Assembly: GCA_017528315.1 (NCBI GenBank)
Contig: JAFXOW010000005.1
Location: forward strand, 1,986 to 65,985
Direction of reading: 5' to 3'
Source: Bacilli bacterium
GTDB taxonomy: Bacteria; Bacillota_I; Bacilli_A; RF39; UBA660
Length of the DNA: 64,000 nucleotides
In this document: positions 1 through 10,516 of the stretch, piece by piece
How the letters are laid out: each line of letters opens with the position of its first letter
Position numbering within the stretch: the first letter of the stretch is position 1
Translations under genes and position numbers: made by a program
The notes under the pieces: generated by a model
What the model saw: only the letters and a program-made list of their open reading frames with translations
Told to the model about the DNA's origin: nothing
Databases searched by the model: none

Positions 1-219
1 ATCTTCTTTGAAGGAGAGATGTTAGGAATGAACTTACCTGATAAAATAGCTATGAGAGTAGTTCATACGGAACCTGGAGTTAAAGGAAATACAACTTCAA
101 CTGCTATGAAAGATGCTGAACTTGAAAGTGGTTTAGTTGTTAAAGTTCCAATGTTCATTGATCAAGATGAAATGGTATTAATATCTTCAAAAGATGGAAA
201 ATATGTATCACGTGCATAA
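1..219 (+). CDS. efp: Elongation factor P, C-terminal part (5'-truncated by the window edge)
   Basis: Frame is open from base 1. TEPGVKGNT...AELESGLVVKVPMFI...GKYVSRA matches the EF-P C-terminal signature. Confidence 0.93.
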   Translation: MFFEGEMLGMNLPDKIAMRVVHTEPGVKGNTTSTAMKDAELESGLVVKVPMFIDQDEMVLISSKDGKYVSRA

Positions 220-248
220 ATTTCATTTTTTTTTATTATCTTTTTTTA

Positions 249-282
249 TTCGACAAATTTAAACATTGCGGTTTTATATAAT
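249..282 (+). promoter_or_regulatory. Spo0A box (TTCGACA) next to a TATAAT -10 element, upstream of the sirA-like gene
   Basis: TTCGACA at 249-255 is the reverse complement of the consensus TGTCGAA. TATAAT is at 277-282 and there is no good -35. Confidence 0.6.
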
Positions 283-298
283 AAACGTGGTGATTTAA

Positions 299-727
299 AT
301 GAGAAGATTTTATATTTTTAGTATTCGAGAAGAACTATTAACCTTATATAAGGATAATCCAGGTAATTTATATAAAATACTTGAAAGTATATATAGTATG
401 AAAGATGAAGAATTCACTTATGGTTATAATTTATTTAAACAAATATGTATTTCAATAGATAATTTAGAACTAAGTAATAGATTATATTTAACTATGCATA
501 ATGATTTAGTCTATACAAAAATTGATAATGAGCATATAATCAATAATTTATATAAAGATGAGGTAAGTATCTTAAAAATAGGAAAAAGTCATATAATATT
601 AGATTCTAATAATTCTTACTCATCATTCTTTGCCTTTTTAAATAAATATAATAAAAATTATTTTGTATGTGATTTTAATGAAGGTGATTACTTCTTTTTA
701 AATAGTATTGAACTAATAGTTCATTAG
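299..727 (+). CDS. sirA: Sporulation inhibitor of replication SirA (YneE)-like protein
   Basis: 142 aa. N-terminus MRRFYIFSIREE and C-terminus YFVCDFNEGDYFFLN resemble, from memory, B. subtilis SirA (MERHYYTYLIKEE...FLAMDFNSKRYGWLN). A 0A box lies upstream. Confidence 0.7.
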   Translation: MRRFYIFSIREELLTLYKDNPGNLYKILESIYSMKDEEFTYGYNLFKQICISIDNLELSNRLYLTMHNDLVYTKIDNEHIINNLYKDEVSILKIGKSHIILDSNNSYSSFFAFLNKYNKNYFVCDFNEGDYFFLNSIELIVH

Positions 728-793
728 AGAAATTATTATCTTGTAAATTTTTCTTGTTTTTGTTATAATCTACTAGGAGAGTAGGTAACATTT

Positions 794-3709
794 ATGTATT
801 TAAAAGAAATAGAAATGTCAGGATTTAAATCCTTTGCTGATAAAATAACTTTAAATTTAGATAATAATATAACTTGTATAGTAGGTCCTAATGGTAGTGG
901 TAAAAGTAATGTTGTTGATGCTATTAGGTTTGTTTTAGGTGAGCAGTCAGTTAAATCTCTTCGTGGTGATAATTTAATGGCTGATGTGATTTTTTCTGGT
1001 TCTAAAAATCGAAGTCCTATGCATTCTGCAAGTGTTACTTTAACGTTTGATAATTATGATAAATATTTAAATGTTCCATATGATACAGTTTCTGTTCGAA
1101 GAAGATTATATAAAACAGGTGAAAATGAATATTTTTTAAATAATGAGAGATGTCGTTTAAAAGATATAGTAGATTTATTTTTAGATAGTAATATTGGAAG
1201 AGATTCCTTTAATATTATAGGACAAGGTGAAATATCTAAAATACTTTCAAATTCAGCTTCTGAAAGAAGACTCGTAATTGAAGAAGCATCTGGTATTTTA
1301 AAATATAAAAAAAGACGAGAAGAAGCCTTTAAAAAATTAGATAAAACTAATAATAATTTAGAAAGAATAAACGATATTGTAAGAGAAGTAGAAGCAAGAG
1401 TTGAACCCTTAAAAAATCAAAGTGAAAAAGCAAGAGAATATTTAGAAACAAAAGATGCTTTAGAAAAAGTAGAAATATCTTTATTAAGTCGTGAAATAAC
1501 TGATGCTAATTTTGAATATCAAAATATTAAAAATACCATTAAAGAACAAGAAGAAAAATTAATTCATTTAAATACTATTATTAATAATCCCGAACTTGAT
1601 AAACTAAAATTAAAAGAAATTGAAATATCAAAAAATATTCAAGAATTAAATAATAATTTAATAAATAAAACTAAGGAAAAGGAAGAGCTTAATAGTAAAA
1701 GAATAATTATTAAAGAAAGAGCTAAATATAATTCCCAAGATATCAAAGTCTATGAAAATATAGAATATATTAAAGATCATAATTTGAAACTTGAAAAAGA
1801 AATTAAATTATTAGAAAGTGATTTAAAGAAAGTTACCAGTAAAAAAGAAAGTTTAGAAAATACTTTAAATAATTTAATTGACTCGATAAATGAAGAAAAG
1901 ATTAAAAGTGAAAATATAACTCGTAATTATAATATTAAAAAACGTGAAAATTTAGAATTAAATAATAAACTTGATATATTAAAAAATAATTTAAAAGATA
2001 ATGTTTATTTAAATAGTAATGTTAAAAAGATACTTGATAATCCAAAACTAACTGGTATTATTGATGCCTTAATAAATGTTATTACAGTAAATAAAGATTA
2101 TCAAACATCTTTTGATGTTGTAAGTTTAACAAACAAGAACTTTTTAATTGCCGAGGATGATATTTCAATTAAAGAAGCAATTAATTATTTAAAAAGAGAA
2201 AATTTAGGTCGAGCTACTTTTTTACCTATTAAAGTAATTAAACCTAAAATTATTGATGATGATACTTTTGATATATTAAATAAAGAAAAGGGTTATTTAG
2301 GTATTTTAAGTGATTTTTTAGAATATGATAATAAGTTTCAAAATATTATATTAAATCAGTATGGTAATATTATTGTTACAGATACTATTGAAAATGCTAA
2401 TATTATTTCTAAAAAAATAAATGGACGTTTTAGAATAGTTACTTTAACTGGTGAAATTATTCATGTAGGTGGAAGTGTAACCGGAGGAAGTTTTGATATT
2501 AAAAGCAACTTGACTATAAAAAATAATATAAATGAACTTTCTTTAAAAATAAAAACAAATGAAAATAATTTAAGTCATTTAGAAGTTGAAATAGGAACTT
2601 TAGAAAACAAAATAAATGATATAGATAGAAATATCTATGAAAATCGTAGTAATTTGATTAAAACCATAGATGAATTAAATGAAATAAAAAATAAATTAAC
2701 TGAAAAAAAACATGAATTAAAAGAAAAAAATGAGGAATTACAAAGTTTAAATGGTGCTAATATAGAAAGTTATGATCAAGAGTATTACGATAAATCACTT
2801 GAATGTGAATTATTAGAAAAAAATATTAAGGAATTAATAAAAGAAAAAGACATAATAGTTAATAATATTAATGAATTAGATGGTATTAATAAAGAAAATA
2901 GAAATTTAGTTAGTACTTTAGAAAAATCTAATAATGAACTTAATATAAACTTATCTAAGTTAGATATGATTTTAGATAATAATTTAAATATTTTAAATGA
3001 AGAATATAATTTAACTTATGAAAGAGCTAAAGAAGAATATGATCAAGATATAGACATAAATGAGGCCAAAAGAAAAGTAAGTAATTTAAAGAATGCTTTA
3101 AAAAATATTGGTATGGTTAATTTAGATTCCATTAGGGAGTATGAAGAAGTAAATGAGAGATACACATATTTATCTAATGAAAGAAATGATTTATTACATG
3201 CTAAAGAGATGCTATATTCAATTATAGATGATATGGACGAAGTTATGAAAAATGATTTTTTCAATACTTTTAAAGAATTAGAAGTAGAATTTAAAAAAGT
3301 CTTTAAAGAAATGTTTCATGGTGGAGATGCTTCTTTAAAATTAACTAATCCCGATAATATTTTAGAAACAGGAATAGATATAGTAGCTAGTCCTCCAGGT
3401 AAGAAACTAAAAACTATAACGCTTCTTTCAGGTGGTGAAAAGACATTAACAGCTATTAGTTTGTTATTTGCTATTTTAAATATACGACGTGTTCCATTTT
3501 GTATTTTTGATGAAATAGAAGCAGCTTTGGATGAGGCAAATGTTGATAATTTTGGTACGTATTTAGAACATTACAAACTAAAAACGCAATTCTTACTTAT
3601 TACTCATAAAAAAAGAACAATGGAATATGCTAAAACCTTATATGGAATTACCATGCAAGAATCTGGTGTATCAAAACTTGTAAGTGTAAGGTTAGAAGAT
3701 AAAGTTTAG
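794..3709 (+). CDS. smc: Chromosome segregation protein SMC (short, 971 aa)
   Basis: GFKSFA, Walker A GPNGSGKSN, hinge motif LGRATFLP, signature LSGGEK, Walker B/D-loop IFDEIEAALD, two coiled-coil arms. Confidence 0.96.
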   Translation: MYLKEIEMSGFKSFADKITLNLDNNITCIVGPNGSGKSNVVDAIRFVLGEQSVKSLRGDNLMADVIFSGSKNRSPMHSASVTLTFDNYDKYLNVPYDTVSVRRRLYKTGENEYFLNNERCRLKDIVDLFLDSNIGRDSFNIIGQGEISKILSNSASERRLVIEEASGILKYKKRREEAFKKLDKTNNNLERINDIVREVEARVEPLKNQSEKAREYLETKDALEKVEISLLSREITDANFEYQNIKNTIKEQEEKLIHLNTIINNPELDKLKLKEIEISKNIQELNNNLINKTKEKEELNSKRIIIKERAKYNSQDIKVYENIEYIKDHNLKLEKEIKLLESDLKKVTSKKESLENTLNNLIDSINEEKIKSENITRNYNIKKRENLELNNKLDILKNNLKDNVYLNSNVKKILDNPKLTGIIDALINVITVNKDYQTSFDVVSLTNKNFLIAEDDISIKEAINYLKRENLGRATFLPIKVIKPKIIDDDTFDILNKEKGYLGILSDFLEYDNKFQNIILNQYGNIIVTDTIENANIISKKINGRFRIVTLTGEIIHVGGSVTGGSFDIKSNLTIKNNINELSLKIKTNENNLSHLEVEIGTLENKINDIDRNIYENRSNLIKTIDELNEIKNKLTEKKHELKEKNEELQSLNGANIESYDQEYYDKSLECELLEKNIKELIKEKDIIVNNINELDGINKENRNLVSTLEKSNNELNINLSKLDMILDNNLNILNEEYNLTYERAKEEYDQDIDINEAKRKVSNLKNALKNIGMVNLDSIREYEEVNERYTYLSNERNDLLHAKEMLYSIIDDMDEVMKNDFFNTFKELEVEFKKVFKEMFHGGDASLKLTNPDNILETGIDIVASPPGKKLKTITLLSGGEKTLTAISLLFAILNIRRVPFCIFDEIEAALDEANVDNFGTYLEHYKLKTQFLLITHKKRTMEYAKTLYGITMQESGVSKLVSVRLEDKV

Positions 3710-3761
3710 ACAAGATGTTTAAACTTTTTTAATTTTATGCTATACTTTAATAGAGGTTGTT

Positions 3762-4865
3762 ATGGAAAAGAAAAAAATATTATTAATATCTAATATGTAT
3801 CCGAGTAAATCAAATAAACATTATGGAATATTTATTAAAAATACGGAAGATTTATTAAGAGAAAATGGTTACGATGTTCAAAAAGTAGTAATAACTAAGC
3901 AAAAAAATATTGTTTTAAAATTAATAAATTATTTATTACTACACTTAAAAGTTATAATTAAAGGTTTATTCGGAAATGTAGACTATTTATATGTTCATTT
4001 TATATCACATTCAAGTTTAGGAGCCGTTATTGTAAAAAAAATAAATAAGAATGTTAAATTAATTTTAAATTGTCACGGAAATGATATAGTTGCTGATAAT
4101 GAAATAGATTTAAAAAATATTAAAAGAAGTAAAAAATATTTAAAATATGCTGATAAAGTAGTAGTACCATCTAGTTATTTTAAAAATGTTTTAATTAAAG
4201 ATTATCATATTAAAGAAGATATAATATTTATTTATCCATCTGGAGGTGTTGATACTAACTATTTTAAAAATATTTCGTTAATAGATGCTAAAAATAAAAG
4301 TGGTTTAAATAAAGATTATAATTATTTAGGATATATTTCCAGAATTGAAACTGATAAGGGTTATGATACCTTTGTTTATATGATAAAGGAACTTGAAAAA
4401 AAAGACTTAATAAAAAAATATAATTTAAAATTTTTAATTGTTGGATCAGGGCTTGAAGAAGATAGGTTAAATGATTTAGTTAGGGAACTAGAATTAGAAA
4501 ATTTTATAGAAAGAAAAGATTTATTATCTCAAGAAGAGCTTTTATATTTATATAATAGTTTAGAATTATTTATTTTTCCAACTTACAGAAAAAGTGATAG
4601 TTTAGGTCTGGTTGGGTTAGAAGCAATGAGTTGTGAAACGTTTGTGATTGCTAGTGATAAATATGGACCTAGTTGTTATATGAAAGATAATTTTAATGGT
4701 TTTACTTTTAAGATAGAAGACTATAAAGATTTAACAAAAAAGATTATTAAATATTTTGAATTAGATGATGAAAGTAAAAAAAATATTAAAAATAATGCAA
4801 GAAAAACAGCTATTGAATATGATACAAACAATACAAAAAATAAAATATTAGAGGTATTTAAATGA
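3762..4865 (+). CDS. Glycosyltransferase family 4 (GT-B)
   Basis: NMYPS, HGND, and the C-terminal SLGLVGLEAMSC motif (EX7E-like, first E replaced by D). Confidence 0.85.
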   Translation: MEKKKILLISNMYPSKSNKHYGIFIKNTEDLLRENGYDVQKVVITKQKNIVLKLINYLLLHLKVIIKGLFGNVDYLYVHFISHSSLGAVIVKKINKNVKLILNCHGNDIVADNEIDLKNIKRSKKYLKYADKVVVPSSYFKNVLIKDYHIKEDIIFIYPSGGVDTNYFKNISLIDAKNKSGLNKDYNYLGYISRIETDKGYDTFVYMIKELEKKDLIKKYNLKFLIVGSGLEEDRLNDLVRELELENFIERKDLLSQEELLYLYNSLELFIFPTYRKSDSLGLVGLEAMSCETFVIASDKYGPSCYMKDNFNGFTFKIEDYKDLTKKIIKYFELDDESKKNIKNNARKTAIEYDTNNTKNKILEVFK

Positions 4866-5716
4866 GAACAGGTATTGTTATATTAAATTATAATGATTAT
4901 GATACTACTTTAAAAATGTTAAATCAAATAAAAAATTATAAAATATTAGATTTAATAGTAATTGTTGATAATGGAAGTAGGGATGATTCTTATAAAAGAC
5001 TAAAAAAAGAAGAAAATGATAAAATTAAAGTTATTAAAACAGATAGAAACTCTGGATATGCAAGTGGTAACAATTATGGTCTTAAATATTTAAGTGATAA
5101 AAATATAGATTACGTTATTATAAGTAATCCAGATGTTTTAGTAAGTGAAGAGGTTATTAAAGAATTAAAGAAGGATTTAGAAACTAATAATATATCTTTA
5201 ATTGCCCCAATCATAAAAGAAAATGATTCTATATCAAAAGGATGGGAATTACCTGGATTTAAAGAAGATCTTATTTCTAATATTACCTATTTTCATAAGT
5301 ATAGTAAGAAGATGCTAAGTTATAGTGATAATTATTATAATAAAAAAATAGTACCAGTAGAAGTAGTTCATGGTTGTTTTTTCATGATTAAATATAATGA
5401 TTTTAAGGAAATGGATTTTTTTGATGAAAATACTTTTCTTTATTATGAAGAAAATATTTTAGGTAAAAAATTACAAGATAATAATAAAATAACAGCAGTA
5501 GATACGACACTTTCAGTTATTCATGATTTATCAGTAAGTGTTGATAAGAGTTTAAATTCTCTTAAAAAATATAAAATATTAAAGATGAGTCAATTTTATT
5601 ATGAAAAAAAATATAATAAATTAAATATCTTTGGACTTTTTTTACTAAGACTTTTTTATTATATTAGTTATGGAATATCTTTTTTATACTTGTTGATTGG
5701 AGGAAGTAAGAAATGA
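4862..5716 (+). CDS. Glycosyltransferase family 2
   Basis: IVILNYN, IVDNGSRD, GYASGNNYG, NPDV, FLYYEE motifs. Confidence 0.88.
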   Translation: MRTGIVILNYNDYDTTLKMLNQIKNYKILDLIVIVDNGSRDDSYKRLKKEENDKIKVIKTDRNSGYASGNNYGLKYLSDKNIDYVIISNPDVLVSEEVIKELKKDLETNNISLIAPIIKENDSISKGWELPGFKEDLISNITYFHKYSKKMLSYSDNYYNKKIVPVEVVHGCFFMIKYNDFKEMDFFDENTFLYYEENILGKKLQDNNKITAVDTTLSVIHDLSVSVDKSLNSLKKYKILKMSQFYYEKKYNKLNIFGLFLLRLFYYISYGISFLYLLIGGSKK

Positions 5717-6876
5717 AAAATATTATTATTATAGGTTCACGAGGATATAAATCAGAATATGGAGGATGGGAAACTTTTGTAACTAATTTAATTGATAATT
5801 ATAATGATTCGGATACTAAGTTTTATATACCTGAGTTATCTCATGAAAAGACTGATAAAGTTCATATGGAAGGAAATGTTGAATGTGTTCCTATTACTGT
5901 GAAACCTATGGGTAGTATTACTATGATGAATTTTGCTTTTAAAGCTGTAATGTATTATAAAAAAAGAATTAAAAAAGAACATATGCAAAATGTAGTTATG
6001 TATATATTAGGTTGCAGGGTAGGACCACTTTTTTCCCTTATTCATAAATGTTTAAATAAAATGGGAGTCGTTATTATGATTAATCCTGATGGTTTGGAAT
6101 GGAAAAGAGAAAAATGGAACTTTCTTATTAAGCAATATTTTAAATTATCAGAAAGAACCATGATTAAATCAGCTAATTATGTAATATGTGATTCTTCAGC
6201 TATTCTTAATTATGTTAAAGAAAAATATCAAAAGTATGATGTAAATGCTCGTTTTATAGCCTATGGAGCATATTTGAAAAGTGATAAAGAACTACTTCCT
6301 AAAACTCAAAAATATATGGAAAAGTTTGATATTAGAAAGAAAGATTATTATTTATTTGTTGGAAGATTTGTACCAGAAAATAATATAGAATTAATAATAA
6401 AAGAGTTTATGAAAACCAATATTCAAAGTGATTTAGTTATTATTTCGAATGTTGAAGAAAATAGTTTTTATGAAAAATTAGTTCAGGATACTCACTTTTT
6501 AGAAGACAAAAGAATTAAGTTTGTAGGATCTTTGTATGATGATGAAGTATTAAGGCAAATTAGAAAAAATGCTATAGCTTATATTCATGGACATTCAGCA
6601 GGTGGAACCAATCCATCACTTCTTGAAGCACTAAGTATTACCAATGTTAATATTTTATATGATGTTGTTTATAATAGAGAAGTAGGAAGCAACGCTGTTT
6701 TATACTTTAATAAAAATGAAGATAATTTAAAAAATATTTTAGAACAGGTATCGAATTTTAGAGATAAAGATATAGAAAACTATGGTAAATTTGCTAAAGA
6801 AAGAATTCAAAATGCTTATACTTGGGATATAGTAGTTTCTAAATATAAAAAATTATTTGAAGAAATACTTAAATAA
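5713..6876 (+). CDS. DUF1972-type GT4, probable rhamnosyltransferase (RgpA/WchF-like)
   Basis: IIGSRG..YGGWETF, NPDGLEWKREKW, GRFVPENN, HGHSAGGTNPSLLEAL. Lies directly upstream of the rml genes. Confidence 0.85.
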   Translation: MKNIIIIGSRGYKSEYGGWETFVTNLIDNYNDSDTKFYIPELSHEKTDKVHMEGNVECVPITVKPMGSITMMNFAFKAVMYYKKRIKKEHMQNVVMYILGCRVGPLFSLIHKCLNKMGVVIMINPDGLEWKREKWNFLIKQYFKLSERTMIKSANYVICDSSAILNYVKEKYQKYDVNARFIAYGAYLKSDKELLPKTQKYMEKFDIRKKDYYLFVGRFVPENNIELIIKEFMKTNIQSDLVIISNVEENSFYEKLVQDTHFLEDKRIKFVGSLYDDEVLRQIRKNAIAYIHGHSAGGTNPSLLEALSITNVNILYDVVYNREVGSNAVLYFNKNEDNLKNILEQVSNFRDKDIENYGKFAKERIQNAYTWDIVVSKYKKLFEEILK

Positions 6877-6964
6877 TGTAAAAAAAGTATTACTTGACTT
6901 GACATATTAGTTTAAATTTCGATATACTTAAATTAATTAAAAATTATTCTTTTGGAGGTGTATT

Positions 6965-7849
6965 ATGAAAGGAATTATTTTAGCAGGGGGAAGTGGAACA
7001 AGACTTTATCCTATTACAATGGCAATTAGTAAACAATTAATGCCAATTTATGATAAACCAATGATTTATTATCCTTTATCAGTTTTAATGCAAGCAGGTA
7101 TTCGGGATATTTTAGTGATTACAACTAAAGAAGATCAAAGGGATTTTATCAAGTTATTAAAAGATGGAAGTCAATTTGGAATTAATATTAGTTATGTAGT
7201 TCAACCATCTCCTGATGGACTTGCTCAAGCATTTTTACTTGGAGAAGAGTTTATTGGGGATGATGCATGTGCTATGGTACTTGGAGATAATATCTATTTT
7301 GGAAATGGTTTTGAAGAATTACTTGAAGATGCAAAAGAGAATGCTTTAAAAGGCTATGCTAGTATCTTTGGATACCAAGTAAGAGATCCTAAACGTTTTG
7401 GAATTATGGAACTTGATAAAAATAATAATGTCTTAAGTGTTGAAGAAAAACCTGAAAAACCTAAAAGCGATTATGCTATTACGGGATTATATTTTTATCC
7501 AAAGGGTGTTTCAAAGATGGCTAAAAAGGTTAAACCAAGTGCTAGAGGTGAACTTGAAATTACAACTTTAAATGATTTATATTTAAAGGAGTCTAAACTT
7601 AAGGCAGAACTATTGGGAGAAGGCTTTACTTGGTTTGATACTGGAACATTTGATAGTATGATGGAAGCTAATAATATGATTAAATTAGTAGAAAGTAATA
7701 ATGGTAAAATTATAGCTTGTCCGGAAATGATTGCTTATGAAAAGGGATGGATGAATATAGAAGAACTTGATAAAGCTGCTAACTTGATGAAAAAGAATTC
7801 TTATGGAGCCTATTTAGTAGATGTAGTAACTCGTGAAAGTGAAAATTAA
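6965..7849 (+). CDS. rmlA: Glucose-1-phosphate thymidylyltransferase
   Basis: GIILAGGSGTRLYP, KQLMPIYDKPMIYY, RGELEIT. Confidence 0.97.
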   Translation: MKGIILAGGSGTRLYPITMAISKQLMPIYDKPMIYYPLSVLMQAGIRDILVITTKEDQRDFIKLLKDGSQFGINISYVVQPSPDGLAQAFLLGEEFIGDDACAMVLGDNIYFGNGFEELLEDAKENALKGYASIFGYQVRDPKRFGIMELDKNNNVLSVEEKPEKPKSDYAITGLYFYPKGVSKMAKKVKPSARGELEITTLNDLYLKESKLKAELLGEGFTWFDTGTFDSMMEANNMIKLVESNNGKIIACPEMIAYEKGWMNIEELDKAANLMKKNSYGAYLVDVVTRESEN

Positions 7850-7863
7850 AAGGAGAATTTTTA

Positions 7864-8427
7864 ATGGAAAAAATTGCAACTAATTTAGAAGATTGCTATA
7901 TATTAAAACCTAATTTATTTGAAGATGATAGAGGATACTTTAAAGCAATTATTACTAAAGATTTACAAGAATTAGGATTTAAAGAAATTGTTCAAATTAA
8001 TGAATCAAAAAGTGTAAAAGGAACTATTCGTGGACTTCATTTTCAAAAAAATCCTTATAGTCAAGCTAAAGTTGTTAGATGTATAAGTGGAAAAGTTTTA
8101 GATGTTGTTGTTGATTTAAGAGTTAATAGTTTAAGTTATTTAAAATGGACAAGTGTTCTTTTAACTCCAGAAAATCATAATATGTTATATGTACCAAGAG
8201 GATTCGCTCATGGTTTTGTTGCTCTTGAAGATGATACAAAGTTTGAATATTATATAGATAATGTTTATAATAAAGAAAGTGAAGCAGGTATTATTTGGAA
8301 TGATCCCGATATTAATATTGATTGGCAATTTGATAAATATGGGATAACTACTCCAATTTTTAGTGAGAAAGATAAAATACATCCAACTGTTAAAGATTCA
8401 CCAGAATATTTTAAGGAGGTAATTTAA
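7864..8427 (+). CDS. rmlC: dTDP-4-dehydrorhamnose 3,5-epimerase
   Basis: DDRGYF, RGLHFQ, QAKVVRC, VPRGFAHGF. Confidence 0.96.
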   Translation: MEKIATNLEDCYILKPNLFEDDRGYFKAIITKDLQELGFKEIVQINESKSVKGTIRGLHFQKNPYSQAKVVRCISGKVLDVVVDLRVNSLSYLKWTSVLLTPENHNMLYVPRGFAHGFVALEDDTKFEYYIDNVYNKESEAGIIWNDPDINIDWQFDKYGITTPIFSEKDKIHPTVKDSPEYFKEVI

Positions 8428-9281
8428 TGAGATTTTTAGTAACAGGAGTTAAAGGACAACTTGGATATGATATTGTAAGAGAACTTAAAAAAAGAGGATA
8501 CAAGGATATCTTAGAATTTGATAAGAATGATATGGATTTAACTAATGAACAAGAAGTATTTGATAGAATAACCGAAACCAAACCAGATGTAGTATTTCAT
8601 TGTGCTGCTTATACTGCCGTTGATAATGCTGAAGATAATTCTGATCTTTGTTATAAGGTAAATGTAGAAGGTACGAAATATTTAAGTGAAGCAACTAAGA
8701 ATATTGGAGCTAAACTTATCTATATAAGTACTGATTATGTATTTGATGGAGAAAAGCCTTATGGTGAAACATATGATGTAAGTGATCAAGTTAATCCTGA
8801 GAGTGTTTATGGAAAAACTAAATATGAAGGTGAACTTGAAGCAGCCAAAAATCCTAAACATTTTATAGTAAGAACTAGTTGGGTATTTGGAATAAATGGT
8901 AATAATTTTATTAAAACAATGCTTAAATTAAGTGAGACGAGGAATGAAATAAATGTTGTAAGTGACCAATTTGGAAGTCCAACTTATACAGTTGATTTAG
9001 CTAGATTGTTAGTTGATTTAGCAGAAACCGAAAAGTATGGATTATATCATGCTAATAATGAAGGATATACTAGTTGGGACGAATTTGCAAGAGAAATATT
9101 TAAAGTTTTTGGAAAAGATACTATTGTCAATAGTATTACAACAGATGAATATCCAACTAAAGCTAAACGACCTAAGAATTCATGCTTAAGTAAAGATTGT
9201 CTAGATAAAGAAGGATTTATGAGACTTCCTAGTTGGCAAGATGCAATCGAAAGATATAAAAAAGAAATGGAGGAATTATAA
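8427..9281 (+). CDS. rmlD: dTDP-4-dehydrorhamnose reductase
   Basis: GVKGQLG, HCAAYTAVD, STDYVFDG, YGKTK, SPTY. Confidence 0.96.
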   Translation: MRFLVTGVKGQLGYDIVRELKKRGYKDILEFDKNDMDLTNEQEVFDRITETKPDVVFHCAAYTAVDNAEDNSDLCYKVNVEGTKYLSEATKNIGAKLIYISTDYVFDGEKPYGETYDVSDQVNPESVYGKTKYEGELEAAKNPKHFIVRTSWVFGINGNNFIKTMLKLSETRNEINVVSDQFGSPTYTVDLARLLVDLAETEKYGLYHANNEGYTSWDEFAREIFKVFGKDTIVNSITTDEYPTKAKRPKNSCLSKDCLDKEGFMRLPSWQDAIERYKKEMEEL

Positions 9282-9282
9282 T

Positions 9283-10305
9283 ATGAAATTTTTAGTAACT
9301 GGAGGAGCCGGTTTTATTGGAAGCAATTATTTACAATATGTAGTAAATAAATATCCTGAGGATTACTTTGTATGTTTAGATGCCTTAACATATGCTGGTA
9401 ATTATAATAATATTAAAATGTTAGAGGATAAAGATAATTATAAATTTGTTAAAATGGATATTCGAGATAAAGAGACAATTTATGATTTATTTAGAAAAGA
9501 AAAATTTGATGTAGTAATTAATTTTGCTGCTGAATCTCATGTTGATAATTCTATTAAAAATCCTAATGTTTTTGCTGAGACAAATATTTTAGGAACCATG
9601 AATTTATTAAATGCTTTTAAAATGTTAAGAGATGAAGAAGGATATGAAATAGTTAGATATCATCAAGTATCAACAGATGAAGTATATGGAGATTTACCTT
9701 TAGATAGACCAGATTTGTTGTTTACCGAACAAACACCAATTCATACATCTAGTCCTTACTCATCATCAAAAGCTAGTGCAGATTTATTTGTAATGGCTTA
9801 TGCTAGAACATTTAAGATGCCTGTAACTATATCTCGTTGTTCTAATAACTATGGACCATATCAATTTCCAGAGAAGTTGATTCCAGTTGTAATTAGTAAA
9901 GCTTTAAAAAATGAAAATATTCCAGTTTATGGAAAAGGAGAAAATGTAAGAGATTGGATTCATGTTCATGACCATAATGTTGGAGTTGATATGATTGTAA
10001 GAAATGGTAGAAATGGTGAAGTATACAATTTAGGAGGACATTCTGAAAGAACTAATTTAGAAGTTGTTAAAACCATTCTTAATCAAATGGGAAAAAGTGA
10101 AGATTTAATTACGTATGTAACTGATAGACCTGGACATGATTTAAGGTATGCCATTGATTCAACTAAAACCGAAAAAGAACTTGGATGGAATAGAACTTAT
10201 AATTTTTCTGATGGTATTAAAGAAACTGTTGATTGGTATTTAAATAATCAAGAATGGATTGATAATATTTTATCAGGTGAATATAAAAATGCTTATAAAG
10301 GTTAG
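9283..10305 (+). CDS. rmlB: dTDP-glucose 4,6-dehydratase
   Basis: TGGAGFIGSN, AAESHVD, STDEVYG, PYSSSK, RCSNNYGP. Start moved to the ATG at 9283, after GGAGG. Confidence 0.97.
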   Translation: MKFLVTGGAGFIGSNYLQYVVNKYPEDYFVCLDALTYAGNYNNIKMLEDKDNYKFVKMDIRDKETIYDLFRKEKFDVVINFAAESHVDNSIKNPNVFAETNILGTMNLLNAFKMLRDEEGYEIVRYHQVSTDEVYGDLPLDRPDLLFTEQTPIHTSSPYSSSKASADLFVMAYARTFKMPVTISRCSNNYGPYQFPEKLIPVVISKALKNENIPVYGKGENVRDWIHVHDHNVGVDMIVRNGRNGEVYNLGGHSERTNLEVVKTILNQMGKSEDLITYVTDRPGHDLRYAIDSTKTEKELGWNRTYNFSDGIKETVDWYLNNQEWIDNILSGEYKNAYKG

Positions 10306-10323
10306 TTTAGGCTAACTTTTTTT
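10298..10323 (+). terminator. Intrinsic terminator of the rml operon
   Basis: AAGGTTAG / CTAACTTT stem followed by a T run. Confidence 0.7.
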
Positions 10324-10516
10324 ATAATAGGAAAGTCAAAAATAATTTTAAAAAGGTTATTTTTTCTAAAAATGTGATAAAACGACTTGATTTTTCTTCT
10401 AAAAATGTGATTTTAGTCAAATAAAGTAAAATTTAATGACAACTTTGACTATTTTCTTTTAATTTTAAAGTATAAATGTTATACTTGTATTGTAATTAAA
10501 GAATTTGGAGGTGTTT

